Of a DNA stretch of 64,000 nucleotides, positions 7,899-17,320 are shown piece after piece. Origin of the DNA: Desulfobacterales bacterium (GTDB lineage Bacteria > Desulfobacterota > Desulfobacteria > Desulfobacterales > JAFDDL01); contig JAVEYW010000005.1 of NCBI GenBank assembly GCA_034003325.1, positions 86,689 through 150,688 on the forward strand, given 5' to 3'. A program made the translations under genes and the position numbers. Position 1 is the stretch's first letter. Each line of letters begins with the position of its first letter. Under the pieces are notes generated by a model. It searched no databases. It saw only the letters and a list, made by a program, of their open reading frames with translations, and had not been told where the DNA came from.

Positions 7899-10088
7899 TT
7901 GAATTTTCGAGTAAAGCCCAAAGCCGATTTTGTCTGGTTTGTCATCGTATCGACAACTGTCAATATCATCATCATCGCCACCACGATTTTCCTGTTGAGG
8001 CGAGTCATGGGCACGGCGGAAAAAGCGCTTATTGCCGACCTGTTCACCCGTTATTTTGCTTATTTTTTTATCCCCGCGGCCCTGCTTCTAGCAGGGTATG
8101 CGCTTGTCCTGGAATGGTTTTATAACTTTTTTATTCGACCGCTGAATCGACTCAAGGAAGAAACCGACCTGATCCTCACGGTCAACCCCTCGCTACGTGT
8201 TCAGGTTGACGGTAGCCGGGACATCGCCGGTCTTGCCGAAATGATCAACCGCAATATCGATCTGTACGAAGCACTCAAGACAGACGTTCAAAAAAAAATC
8301 GATCACGCCAGAGCCGAGACCGAAATAGAGAAAAACATCTTTGCCGCCATTGTCAGTGAATTGACGGAAGGCGTGGTCATTTGCAATGCCAAGGGCCAGA
8401 TACTGCTCTGCAACCAACAGGCCAAAAGGATCTTATCGAGCCTTCGCCGCGGCAGGCCAGAATACAAAGACGCGGACGAAGAGGCGGATCAATTTGTCAG
8501 CATCGGCCGTTCCCTTTTCAGCGTGATTGACCGCTATCTGCTGCGGTATGCCATCAATGACATCACCACCAAACTGCGCAGCCGGCAGCAGCCGGCCGTC
8601 ACCAGTTTTGTGATGGTGAACAAACACCAGCAAATGTTCCGTGTCGAAGTGGTTCCGATTCTCAATTCCATTCGGGAATACGGTGGATTTGTTTTCATCA
8701 TCTATAATATAACGGCGGAGTTGGAAAATGACGCCCGTATCATTCTGCACCTGAACTCATTAATCTCCAATGTCAGAAGAAAGGTGTCTGCCATCCGTTC
8801 CTCGGCGGAATTGATTTGTGAGTATCCCGATATCACCGAGACGGAAACCCAACAGTTTTTAAACATTATCCTGAAAGAATCCAAGCTGCTCAGCGGCATC
8901 ATCAACAATCAGAGCGACTTCAATTATTCCGTGAGGATTAAAAGCGGATGGCCCTTGATCCCCACGCCGGTCGTGGAACTACTCAGGGCGATCCGCGGCA
9001 AGGTGGAAAAACCCTTCCAAATCGCATTGGACTTTGAAGAAGCGGAGGTTAAGGAAAGCGTTTGCGTTGACGGCTATTCGTTCACTCTGGCGGTAAGCTT
9101 TGTGTTGTATCTAATTGCCAATGAGGCACAGTGCAGGGAATTTGTCTGTAAAACCGGCATCCGGAATTCATCCGTCATTCTGGCCGTCGAATGGATGGGC
9201 CATCCGCTCAAAACGGAAACCCTGCAAGCCTGGATGGCCCGATTCCCGCTCGTCGGCAAGGAGAGGTTGCCTTTGACGCTCAAGGAAATTTTTGATAATC
9301 ACGATGTGGAAATGGTGCCCGCTTCGGATCGTCAGGCCCGGGATGTCGCTTATTTGCACATTTTCCTTCCGAGACACGAGAACCTGCATACCGCCATCGG
9401 AAGGGAAATATCCATCGTGGCTGAAAACCGGCCGGAATTTTATGATTTTGACCTGTTCAACCAACCCGCCGAACACCCGGAGTTAAACGAGCGGCTGTTG
9501 ACGGATATCACCTATACGGTATTTGATACCGAAACCACGGGACTTGAACCCCGCAACGGGGATGAAATCATCTCCATTGCGGCCGTCAGAATCGTGAATC
9601 TGCGGTTGCTGAAAAACGATTATTTTGACCAACTTGTCAACCCCGGAAAGCCGCCGAGCCGAAAATCCATTCAGGTCCACGGCCTTGAACCGGAGATGCT
9701 GACAGGCCGGCCGATAATTGCCGAGGTGCTGCCGGTTTTCAAGCGCTTCGCAGAAGACACGGTGCTGATCGCGCATAATGCGGCTTTTGATATGTGTCTT
9801 CTTAACATGCAGGAAGAAAAAACCGGCGTGAGAATCGCCAATCCGGTCCTGGACACTATGCTGCTTTCGGCCGTTGTTCACCCCACCCAATCGGATCACA
9901 GCCTTGAAGAAATCGCCAAACGGCTGGGGGTGGAAATCATCAACCGCCACACTGCGCTGGGCGACGCGATGGCGGCCGGTGGAATTTTTATCAAACTGGT
10001 GAAGCTGTTGTCCGCGCAGGGAATCAACACCTTGAAAGATGCGCTGATCGCCTCGAAAAAAACTTACCTGGCCCGGATGAAATACTAA
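7899..10088 (+). CDS. membrane sensor (2 TM, HAMP-like, PAS-like, degenerate DHp/CA pseudo-kinase) fused to a DEDDh 3'-5' exonuclease (DnaQ/epsilon-like)
   Basis: C-terminal Exo motifs: VFDTETTGL, HNAAFDMCLL, HTALGDAMAAG. N-terminal hydrophobic helices. The H-box position reads NVRRKVSAIR (no His), and I see no N/G boxes. The start is a TTG with a weak RBS, so the N-terminus is uncertain. Confidence 0.8.
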   Translation: MNFRVKPKADFVWFVIVSTTVNIIIIATTIFLLRRVMGTAEKALIADLFTRYFAYFFIPAALLLAGYALVLEWFYNFFIRPLNRLKEETDLILTVNPSLRVQVDGSRDIAGLAEMINRNIDLYEALKTDVQKKIDHARAETEIEKNIFAAIVSELTEGVVICNAKGQILLCNQQAKRILSSLRRGRPEYKDADEEADQFVSIGRSLFSVIDRYLLRYAINDITTKLRSRQQPAVTSFVMVNKHQQMFRVEVVPILNSIREYGGFVFIIYNITAELENDARIILHLNSLISNVRRKVSAIRSSAELICEYPDITETETQQFLNIILKESKLLSGIINNQSDFNYSVRIKSGWPLIPTPVVELLRAIRGKVEKPFQIALDFEEAEVKESVCVDGYSFTLAVSFVLYLIANEAQCREFVCKTGIRNSSVILAVEWMGHPLKTETLQAWMARFPLVGKERLPLTLKEIFDNHDVEMVPASDRQARDVAYLHIFLPRHENLHTAIGREISIVAENRPEFYDFDLFNQPAEHPELNERLLTDITYTVFDTETTGLEPRNGDEIISIAAVRIVNLRLLKNDYFDQLVNPGKPPSRKSIQVHGLEPEMLTGRPIIAEVLPVFKRFAEDTVLIAHNAAFDMCLLNMQEEKTGVRIANPVLDTMLLSAVVHPTQSDHSLEEIAKRLGVEIINRHTALGDAMAAGGIFIKLVKLLSAQGINTLKDALIASKKTYLARMKY

Positions 10089-10126
10089 ACGACCTATAAT
10101 TCGCCATGGGGTAGGGGGCTGCGCTG

Positions 10127-12481
10127 ATGAGCAATACCGTACACACGATAGAAGACAGTCAACATTTATTTGCCTTTCTATCCGGACTGCCCGCCTTTTC
10201 TTCCCTTCCCGAGACGGAGCTGATACGCCTGTGTCAACACCTCGCTGTGGAAGCGCATTCAAAGGGGACGCTCCTATCTGTGCAGGGGAGAACCCGGTTA
10301 AAAAAAGTAATTATCATCAAGGACGGCGTGCTGGAAGCCTTTTTCGACAGGGATGGGCAAAAAACCGTCCGGGAAATGCTGCCCAAAGGGTCCGTGCTAG
10401 GCGGTATTTCAATTCTGATGAATGACGGCATCGGGCTCAGATCGGTTATGGTCAAAGAAGACGCCGTACTGTATGTGATGTCCAAAACTGTTTTTAAGGA
10501 TCTGTGCGATCGATTCGATCCGTTTCGCGCCCACTTTGCTGAAGCTTTTCATCGCCGAATGCTTGATAAATCTTACGCGGCCATGGTGCAGGCGGCGCGG
10601 GCGTTTAACTTTCTGTCCGGCGTCCCCCCCTTTTCCTTGCTTCCGGAAGCTGAACTGCTCAACATTTCTTACGGCATACCGCGGGTGAGCTATTCCCGGG
10701 ATACGCCCCTTTTTTATCAGGGAGAAACAAAGGTCGAGAACCTGTATATTTTTCAAAAAGGCTCAGCCGAACGCTATTTTGAGCAGGACGGCGTCAAGAC
10801 GTTGCGTGGCACGCTGGGGCCGGGCGATACCTATGGCGGCATTTCCATATTGATTAATAACGGTATTTCGGTGCGAACCATTCAGGTCGGCGCTGGCACC
10901 AGCTTTTATATGGTGCCGAAATCGCAATTTTTGAATCTTTGTCAAAAATACAGCGCATTTGCCGATTACTTTACCGATGCCTTTGGAAAACGAATGGTGG
11001 ATACCACCTATGCTTCCATGGTTCGTAAGGCGGCATTGCCGCAGCAGGAAACCACCGCCTTTTTTAATCAGCAGGTTAAAAACTTCTGCCAGTCCAGCCT
11101 GTTATCCTGTAGCGAAACGACCCCCATTAAAGATGCCGCCATTAAAATGAGTCGAAAAAATTGCAGTTCCATCTTTATTAAGACGGCTGATGGCGATTAT
11201 ATCGGCCTGGTTACGGACAATGATCTTCGCCGTAAGGTCGTGGCGTTGGGCCGAGATGCTCGAAAGCCGGTATCCACCATAATGTCCTATCCCTTATATG
11301 GTATTTCGATCAATGCAACGGTATCGGAAGCCCTGTTGAAAATGATCGAGTCCAACACCAAACACCTGGCGGTGACCGGTCCCGAGGACAAGGTCATCGG
11401 CGTGGTGACCGACAGGGACCTGATGGCAGCGCAGGGCCAATCGCCATTTTTCATCATTCGTGAAATTTCCGCCGCCACCAGTCGGGATGAGATTAACACC
11501 ATCCAACACCGGCTGCCGCGCTTGATTCAGGCCATGAAGAACAGCGGCGCCAATTCAAGGGTAATCACCAAGCTGATTTCCGCTATCTCCGATGCCGTAT
11601 TGAACCGGTTGATCTCCTTTGCCGTGAGCATCGTGGGTTCTCCGCCGACGGAATTTGCCTTTCTGGTGATGGGCAGCGAAGGCAGACGGGAGCAAACCCT
11701 GAAAACCGATCAGGACAATGCCATTATCTTCGCTGATGTCCCCGAATTGGAACTTGAAGCGGTCCAACATTATTTCCTGAAGCTCGGCGACACGGTGTGT
11801 GAATGGCTCAATGAGGCGGGCTATGCCTTTTGCAAAGGGGAGGTGATGGCCAAAAACCCGAAATGGTGCCAGCCGCTTTCAAAATGGAAGGAATACTTCA
11901 ATTCCTGGATTCGTGTGTCGACCAACAAGGATTTGCTTCAGGCCGCGGTCTTTTTCGATTTCAGATGCGGGTATGGCCATGTGGAAATGGTGGATGAATT
12001 GCGGCTGTACCTGTTTGAGCGACTGGCCGGATGGTCGCGGTTTTTCAGGGATCTGACCCTCAATGCGCTGCGGTTTAAACCGCCGTTGGGTTTTTTCAGA
12101 ACCTTTGCAGTCGAGACCAAGGGGGTTCACCGCAACAAATTCAATATCAAGAATGCGATGGTACCCATTGTTGATTTTGCGCGGATCTATTCGCTTCGCT
12201 ACAATATTGCCGAAATCAATACGCAGGACCGGTTATACCGGCTCTATCTGGAAAAGATGATCACCCCTGAAGTTTATGAAGATATGAATCAGGCCTTTGA
12301 TCATTTAATGGAACACCGGCTGATGTGTCAGATTCAGGATATCGACAATGGGCGGCCACCCGATAATTATCTTAATCCGAAGCACTTATCCCGCATTGAG
12401 CAAGCGTTGTTAAAGGAAATATTCAAACGGATTGAAGGACTGCAAACCCTTATGAAACTCGAATTTACGGGGGGCGCATGA
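10127..12481 (+). CDS. 2x cNMP-binding, CBS pair and DUF294 nucleotidyltransferase protein
   Basis: Two cyclic-nucleotide-binding-like repeats (…GSVLGGISILMND… and …GDTYGGISILINN…). CBS pair. NTase core FLVMGSEGRREQTLKTDQDNAIIF followed by a DUF294_C-like tail. Confidence 0.85.
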   Translation: MSNTVHTIEDSQHLFAFLSGLPAFSSLPETELIRLCQHLAVEAHSKGTLLSVQGRTRLKKVIIIKDGVLEAFFDRDGQKTVREMLPKGSVLGGISILMNDGIGLRSVMVKEDAVLYVMSKTVFKDLCDRFDPFRAHFAEAFHRRMLDKSYAAMVQAARAFNFLSGVPPFSLLPEAELLNISYGIPRVSYSRDTPLFYQGETKVENLYIFQKGSAERYFEQDGVKTLRGTLGPGDTYGGISILINNGISVRTIQVGAGTSFYMVPKSQFLNLCQKYSAFADYFTDAFGKRMVDTTYASMVRKAALPQQETTAFFNQQVKNFCQSSLLSCSETTPIKDAAIKMSRKNCSSIFIKTADGDYIGLVTDNDLRRKVVALGRDARKPVSTIMSYPLYGISINATVSEALLKMIESNTKHLAVTGPEDKVIGVVTDRDLMAAQGQSPFFIIREISAATSRDEINTIQHRLPRLIQAMKNSGANSRVITKLISAISDAVLNRLISFAVSIVGSPPTEFAFLVMGSEGRREQTLKTDQDNAIIFADVPELELEAVQHYFLKLGDTVCEWLNEAGYAFCKGEVMAKNPKWCQPLSKWKEYFNSWIRVSTNKDLLQAAVFFDFRCGYGHVEMVDELRLYLFERLAGWSRFFRDLTLNALRFKPPLGFFRTFAVETKGVHRNKFNIKNAMVPIVDFARIYSLRYNIAEINTQDRLYRLYLEKMITPEVYEDMNQAFDHLMEHRLMCQIQDIDNGRPPDNYLNPKHLSRIEQALLKEIFKRIEGLQTLMKLEFTGGA

Positions 12482-12508
12482 CCTGTAAAGGGACACGGAG
12501 GTTAACAC

Positions 12509-12883
12509 ATGCCGGAGACGATTCTGATAGTCGAGGATGAAGAGAATATTGTGGTACCGCTTGATTTTCTGTTACGCCGGCAGGGCTACGAAGTACTTGT
12601 GGCCTGTAACGGCGAAGATGCCATAGATCAAATCGCCAAGAAAAAGCCGGATTTGCTGCTTCTGGACATCATGCTGCCCGGCATGGATGGCTATGAAGTA
12701 TGTGAGAAGATTCGGCTTAAACCGGAATGGAAAGACATTAAGATTGTTTTTCTGACTGCGAAAGGACGCGAAGTCGATATTGCAAAGGGAATGGTGCTGG
12801 GGGCCGACGAATACATCGTCAAACCGTTCTCGAATGTGGAAATTATTGAAAAGGTAAAAACCCTTCTGAAGGCGGAAAGTTGA
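12509..12883 (+). CDS. stand-alone response-regulator receiver protein
   Basis: ILIVEDEE…LLLLDIMLPGMDG…FLTAKG…KPF. 124 aa with no output domain. GGAGG RBS. Confidence 0.9.
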   Translation: MPETILIVEDEENIVVPLDFLLRRQGYEVLVACNGEDAIDQIAKKKPDLLLLDIMLPGMDGYEVCEKIRLKPEWKDIKIVFLTAKGREVDIAKGMVLGADEYIVKPFSNVEIIEKVKTLLKAES

Positions 12884-12902
12884 AAATAACAGGCAGGAAA
12901 AA

Positions 12903-15614
12903 TCAATCCGATACCGGCAGCGTAAAGAAAAAAGTGGCGCCCTTTCCCTCGCTGCTCTCCACCCATATTTTTCCGCCATGGCGTTCAATGATGCTTTTCG
13001 AGATGCTCAGCCCCAGGCCACTGCCCGGCGGACGGCCCCGCGTACTGTCTTTTACCTGGTGAAACTTTTTGAAGATCGCCTGCTGGTCTTTGGGCGCGAT
13101 GCCGATCCCGTTATCCATAACGGAGATCAACAGTTCCCCGTTTTGAATGGCCAGCCTGATGTGGATAAAATCCTCGGCTTTATCACTGAATTTCACGGCA
13201 TTGGAAATCAGGTTGACCATTACCTGAATCAATAGATCCCGGTCACCGACAATGAAAGGTGCGCGGTTGGGTAACGCCACATTCAGGCGCAGCTTTTTTT
13301 CCTTGACCAATTGATGGGTTGCCGTGACGGCGTCTTGAATCAGACGCCGCGAATCGATTTTCACGGACTGAAATCCCATGCGGTCGGATTCAATTTTTTC
13401 GATGTCCAGAACCTGACCGATGAGCCGCGTCAGACGCTCGCTTTCCTTGATAATGATGGCGGTAAAAGAAGCGTGCTGATCTTTTTCCAGATCCGGCGTG
13501 GTGTTCAAAATTTCCGCCAATGACCGAATCGAGGTCAACGGTGTGCGCAACTCGTGCGTGATGGTGGAGATAAACTCGTCTTTTAGCCGATCGAGTTCTT
13601 TCAGGCGCTCATTGGCCGCCTTGAGTTCGCTGGTGGCCTTTTCCAGTTCACGGCTGTAAGCGATCACCTGGCGGGTTTCATCCAGAATGCCCAACACTTC
13701 TTCAAAGCCGAACGGTTCCTCCTTAATCACGGAAGCTACCAGAATGTGCGCCGAGGCGGCCCCGATGGTGCCCCCAAGCAAGGTTTCGACATAACTCACG
13801 AGGTTTGCGTCCGCGGTCAAATCCTGGCTAAAGGAAATATTATTTTTTCCCAGATATTGGCTTAGCGCTTCTTCGGCTTTTTGCGGGCCGATAAATCGCT
13901 CCAGCAAAGACCCTAAATCCGGTACCAACGCGGTGCCCCGGCAAAGAGCGGTTTTCCCCATTTCACCGGAATGCTTGAAGACGTCCACAAACAAGTTCGC
14001 CTGAATCTGTTCGATTAACGATGGCCGGCTGAAAAGAGAAACGCCGACATACATCGTCACGTTGGCCAACATGCTCCAGAAAACCGCATGGGATATCTGG
14101 TCAAAGGACTCAAGCCCGAACAGATGAAAGGGCCTTAACAGGCGAATCCCAAAGGGGCCTTCGGTCAACAAGGAAAGCGGCATCAACCCGGCCTGCACGA
14201 GCGAGGGCAGAACCAGGGTGTATGCCCAAACGAAAAATCCGGCCAAAAGCCCAGCCATGGCGCCGGAGCGGGTACCGCCTTTCCAGAAGATTCCCCCGAT
14301 AAATGCCGGCGCAAATTGTGCCACTGCGGCAAAGGATACCAACCCGATGGAGACCAGGGCATAAAACCCGCCGGTGAGCAGAAAATAGGCATGGCCCAGA
14401 AGCAAAACCACCAATATGCTGACCCGCCGAATCGTTAATAACAGGAAAATCATGTCCTTGCGCTGAGCCAATTGGAACCGGCGGATTCGCAGTAGAACCG
14501 GCATCACGAGCTCATTGCAAATCATGGTGGAAAGCGCGATGGTTTCCACGATGACCATGCCGGTGGCCGCGGACATTCCGCCGATGAACACGATTAACGT
14601 CAACCCCATCTGATTCTCTATCATCGGAAGCGCCAGAATAAACCAGTCCGCATCGATACGGGTGCCCTGCAGCCTAAGCAATCCGCTAAAGGTTACCGGA
14701 AAAACGAAAATGTTGATGGCCAGCAGATAAAGCGGAAAAAGCCAGATGGCTTTTTGAATATGCGCTTCATTGACATTTTCCACGACCGCTACTTGAAACT
14801 GCCGGGGCAACATCAGAATCGCCAGCATGGAGAGAAATATGTAACAAAACCATCGATTATAAGGGCTGCTCTGGGTGTCGATCAAAAAGAGTTTGGATAT
14901 TTCGGGAACCGATTGGGCCTTGCTGAAAAGATCGCCAAAGCCATTATAAAGACCGTAAGTCACAAATACACCGACGGATAAAAAAGCGAGCAGCTTCACA
15001 ATGGACTCAAACGCGATCGCGGCCACAAGCCCTTCATGCCGCTCTGTAACATCCAGATGCCGTGTTCCGAACAAAATGGCGAAAAGCGCCAGCAACAGGG
15101 TGACGAATAGCGGGGTATGCTGAAAGGACGACAACGCCTTTAAATCGGATGAAATCGCTGTGGCCGAATATTGCTTGATCAGAAAAAAGCTCGTTGAAAT
15201 CGCCTTGAGCTGTAAGGAAATATAGGGGATGATGCCAATCACGGCGATAATCGTGACGATGCTGCCGAGCAATGCACTCTTGCCGTATCTGGAGGAAATC
15301 AGATCGGCGATGGAGGTGATGCGGTGAATTTTGCTGATTCGAACTACCTTGCGCAAGACAAAGAGGCCCAGCGTCACCATTAAGGTGGGACCGATATAAA
15401 TGGTTAAAAATTCAGCTCCGTTTTGGGCGGCCCGCCCCACACTCCCGTAGAAGGTCCATGCCGTGCAGTAAACCGCCAGGGAAAGGGCGTAAATATAGGG
15501 GTTACTGATGATACTGCGCCCCGCATCCGCGCGTTTATCACCATAATAGGCGATCGCGAACAACAGCCCGATATAACAAATTGAAATGGTAAATATAATA
15601 CCGGCAGCCGGCAT
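12903..15614 (-). CDS. sodium:solute-symporter-domain sensor histidine kinase (CbrA/CrbS-type architecture)
   Basis: Roughly 13 TM SSS-like N-terminal half, a coiled coil, H-box ITHELRTPL, N-box NLISNAVKF, and G-boxes DNGIGI / GSGLGLSI. The ORF extends to a TTG at 15641; the first ATG is at 15614. Confidence 0.9.
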   Translation of the reverse strand: MPAAGIIFTISICYIGLLFAIAYYGDKRADAGRSIISNPYIYALSLAVYCTAWTFYGSVGRAAQNGAEFLTIYIGPTLMVTLGLFVLRKVVRISKIHRITSIADLISSRYGKSALLGSIVTIIAVIGIIPYISLQLKAISTSFFLIKQYSATAISSDLKALSSFQHTPLFVTLLLALFAILFGTRHLDVTERHEGLVAAIAFESIVKLLAFLSVGVFVTYGLYNGFGDLFSKAQSVPEISKLFLIDTQSSPYNRWFCYIFLSMLAILMLPRQFQVAVVENVNEAHIQKAIWLFPLYLLAINIFVFPVTFSGLLRLQGTRIDADWFILALPMIENQMGLTLIVFIGGMSAATGMVIVETIALSTMICNELVMPVLLRIRRFQLAQRKDMIFLLLTIRRVSILVVLLLGHAYFLLTGGFYALVSIGLVSFAAVAQFAPAFIGGIFWKGGTRSGAMAGLLAGFFVWAYTLVLPSLVQAGLMPLSLLTEGPFGIRLLRPFHLFGLESFDQISHAVFWSMLANVTMYVGVSLFSRPSLIEQIQANLFVDVFKHSGEMGKTALCRGTALVPDLGSLLERFIGPQKAEEALSQYLGKNNISFSQDLTADANLVSYVETLLGGTIGAASAHILVASVIKEEPFGFEEVLGILDETRQVIAYSRELEKATSELKAANERLKELDRLKDEFISTITHELRTPLTSIRSLAEILNTTPDLEKDQHASFTAIIIKESERLTRLIGQVLDIEKIESDRMGFQSVKIDSRRLIQDAVTATHQLVKEKKLRLNVALPNRAPFIVGDRDLLIQVMVNLISNAVKFSDKAEDFIHIRLAIQNGELLISVMDNGIGIAPKDQQAIFKKFHQVKDSTRGRPPGSGLGLSISKSIIERHGGKIWVESSEGKGATFFFTLPVSD

Positions 15615-15682
15615 CACTGGTACGCCCCTGTTAAGGTCCAACCGGTTCGGGTGCTTTTCGTGAAGGGTCTATCGCCGCAACG

Positions 15683-15961
15683 TTATTCTCGACTTGATGT
15701 CGAATTTGTGATTAAGCCGCATGGTTTTCCCCTTTTAATACCATCATCCCCCTCAGGCTGCCCGGCATCGGCATGTGAAGCGGTAATCAGGCCGACGAGC
15801 AAAATCAACACGGCCCATATGAAGAAGATATAAAAATAGAGCAAGGGAAACCCGAATACCATCACCGGCCGGCTGAAGAGAGAGAGAACCGGATAATTGA
15901 ACAACACCACGGCAAGCAGGAATAAAGAGATCAGCCGATCATGGTTATGATCTTCAGCCAT
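15683..15961 (-). CDS. small two-TM membrane protein upstream of the SSS-kinase (DUF3311-like / cbrX-like position)
   Basis: 92 aa and hydrophobic (LISLFLLAVVLFNYPVLSLF…FPLLYFYIFFIWAVLILLVGLI). The RBS is weak. Confidence 0.45.
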   Translation of the reverse strand: MAEDHNHDRLISLFLLAVVLFNYPVLSLFSRPVMVFGFPLLYFYIFFIWAVLILLVGLITASHADAGQPEGDDGIKRGKPCGLITNSTSSRE

Positions 15962-16291
15962 TGTCTTAGAAACACCTTTTAACCCATGGGCGAAATATGG
16001 GAAGCAACCCCTATACCCCGCTCCCCCAAGGTTTGCCGAAAATGCGTGAAAGGGGAATAATCAAGGAAATGATGTTCTTAGATTAACTCGGCCGCCGAAT
16101 AAATGTCAACGGTCTTGTTTTACCATTCCTATCTGTTTTGACCCCGTAAAGAGCGATTTTTATTCTTTACAACTTGGCCGATCTTGGTGCACAAATACAA
16201 ATAAGCAGGCAATTGAGGCCTGCCGTTTCAGGCAAACCGGCAGCCCGTATGTTGTCAATCATCCACTTTTTTTTCGCCCGTTAGGCTCGCC

Positions 16292-17320
16292 ATGACAGAT
16301 AACCGGACTTGTCATGATCGAAATAATCGCACCACGGCCGGCGAGCGCCGGTTGAGCCTTGCCCTTTTGGGGATACTGGCCCTGATTGCGGTTATAATGA
16401 TTTTTATTCAGGGTCGCTACGATTCAGGCGCTTGGCGGGAGCAGGCACAAACCGTCGAAACGGGCGCACCAACACCGCAGCCAAAAGCGACACCAGCCGC
16501 CGAGGATACGGATATGGCGGTTGGCCTGATCCCCCTTTCATCGGCTGAGATCTATACCGCTGAGACCCTGTCCGATAAAATTAACGGCAAGGCAGATCTT
16601 TATTTGAGTGCGGGGTTTCAGAAACTAACGAGCCGACGCTTTGCACTTACCGCTGAAAAAAATCGCTGGATGGAACGCTATGCCTATGACATGGGCTCCC
16701 TTCGCAATGCCTATGCCGTGTTCAGTGTCCAGCGGCGACAACAGGTTCAGCCCGTTGATGTGACTGCCCACGCCTATCTGGCCAGCAACGGGCTGTTTTT
16801 CGTACACGGTCCCTTTTATGTGGAAATTATTGCGGCTGAAGCCGCCACCGAGACACAGCAGGGCATGACATCTCTGGCCCGCGCCTTTGTTTCGGCCCAT
16901 GCCGTACCCACTGAAGACCTGCCGGAGCTGAGCCTGCTCCCGGCCGATCACCGCATCTCCGACTCGGTCAAATTGGCGGCTCGAAGCGCTTTTGGCATCG
17001 AAGGGCTGAATGGGGTCTTTACGGCCGGCTATGCTGCGGATCAGGCCGAGGCAATGGCGTTTGTTAGAAAATGCGCGTCCCGGAACGAGGCGAAAGCCCT
17101 GGCCGAAAAATTCCATGCCTTTTGGCTCGATTTCGGTGGAGAAACCATGGCTCCGCCGGAAAACCTGCCGGAAGTCCGTATTGTTTTTATCCTGGATAAT
17201 TATGAAATTTCTCTGGTAGAGGGCGATTATCTTCTCGGCGTGCATGAGGCCACCCATCTCGAATTCGGGCTTGCACTGGTGAAACAACTTCAGTACCGGA
17301 TTATCGAGGGTGCCGAATGA
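16292..17320 (+). CDS. N-terminally membrane-anchored protein of unknown function (predicted periplasmic domain)
   Basis: One TM (LSLALLGILALIAVIMIFI) followed by about 300 aa with no motif I recognise. Its stop overlaps the next start (ATGA). Confidence 0.6.
   Translation: MTDNRTCHDRNNRTTAGERRLSLALLGILALIAVIMIFIQGRYDSGAWREQAQTVETGAPTPQPKATPAAEDTDMAVGLIPLSSAEIYTAETLSDKINGKADLYLSAGFQKLTSRRFALTAEKNRWMERYAYDMGSLRNAYAVFSVQRRQQVQPVDVTAHAYLASNGLFFVHGPFYVEIIAAEAATETQQGMTSLARAFVSAHAVPTEDLPELSLLPADHRISDSVKLAARSAFGIEGLNGVFTAGYAADQAEAMAFVRKCASRNEAKALAEKFHAFWLDFGGETMAPPENLPEVRIVFILDNYEISLVEGDYLLGVHEATHLEFGLALVKQLQYRIIEGAE

Noticed and set aside
7889-8125. A 78-aa His/Cys-rich ORF with an ATG start that overlaps the start of the exonuclease-fusion gene.
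   Set aside because: It is out of frame with the sensor-exonuclease ORF and overlaps it, and that ORF's TM helices are encoded in this stretch. The His run comes from the CAT/CAC-rich alternative frame of an Ile/Thr-rich helix.
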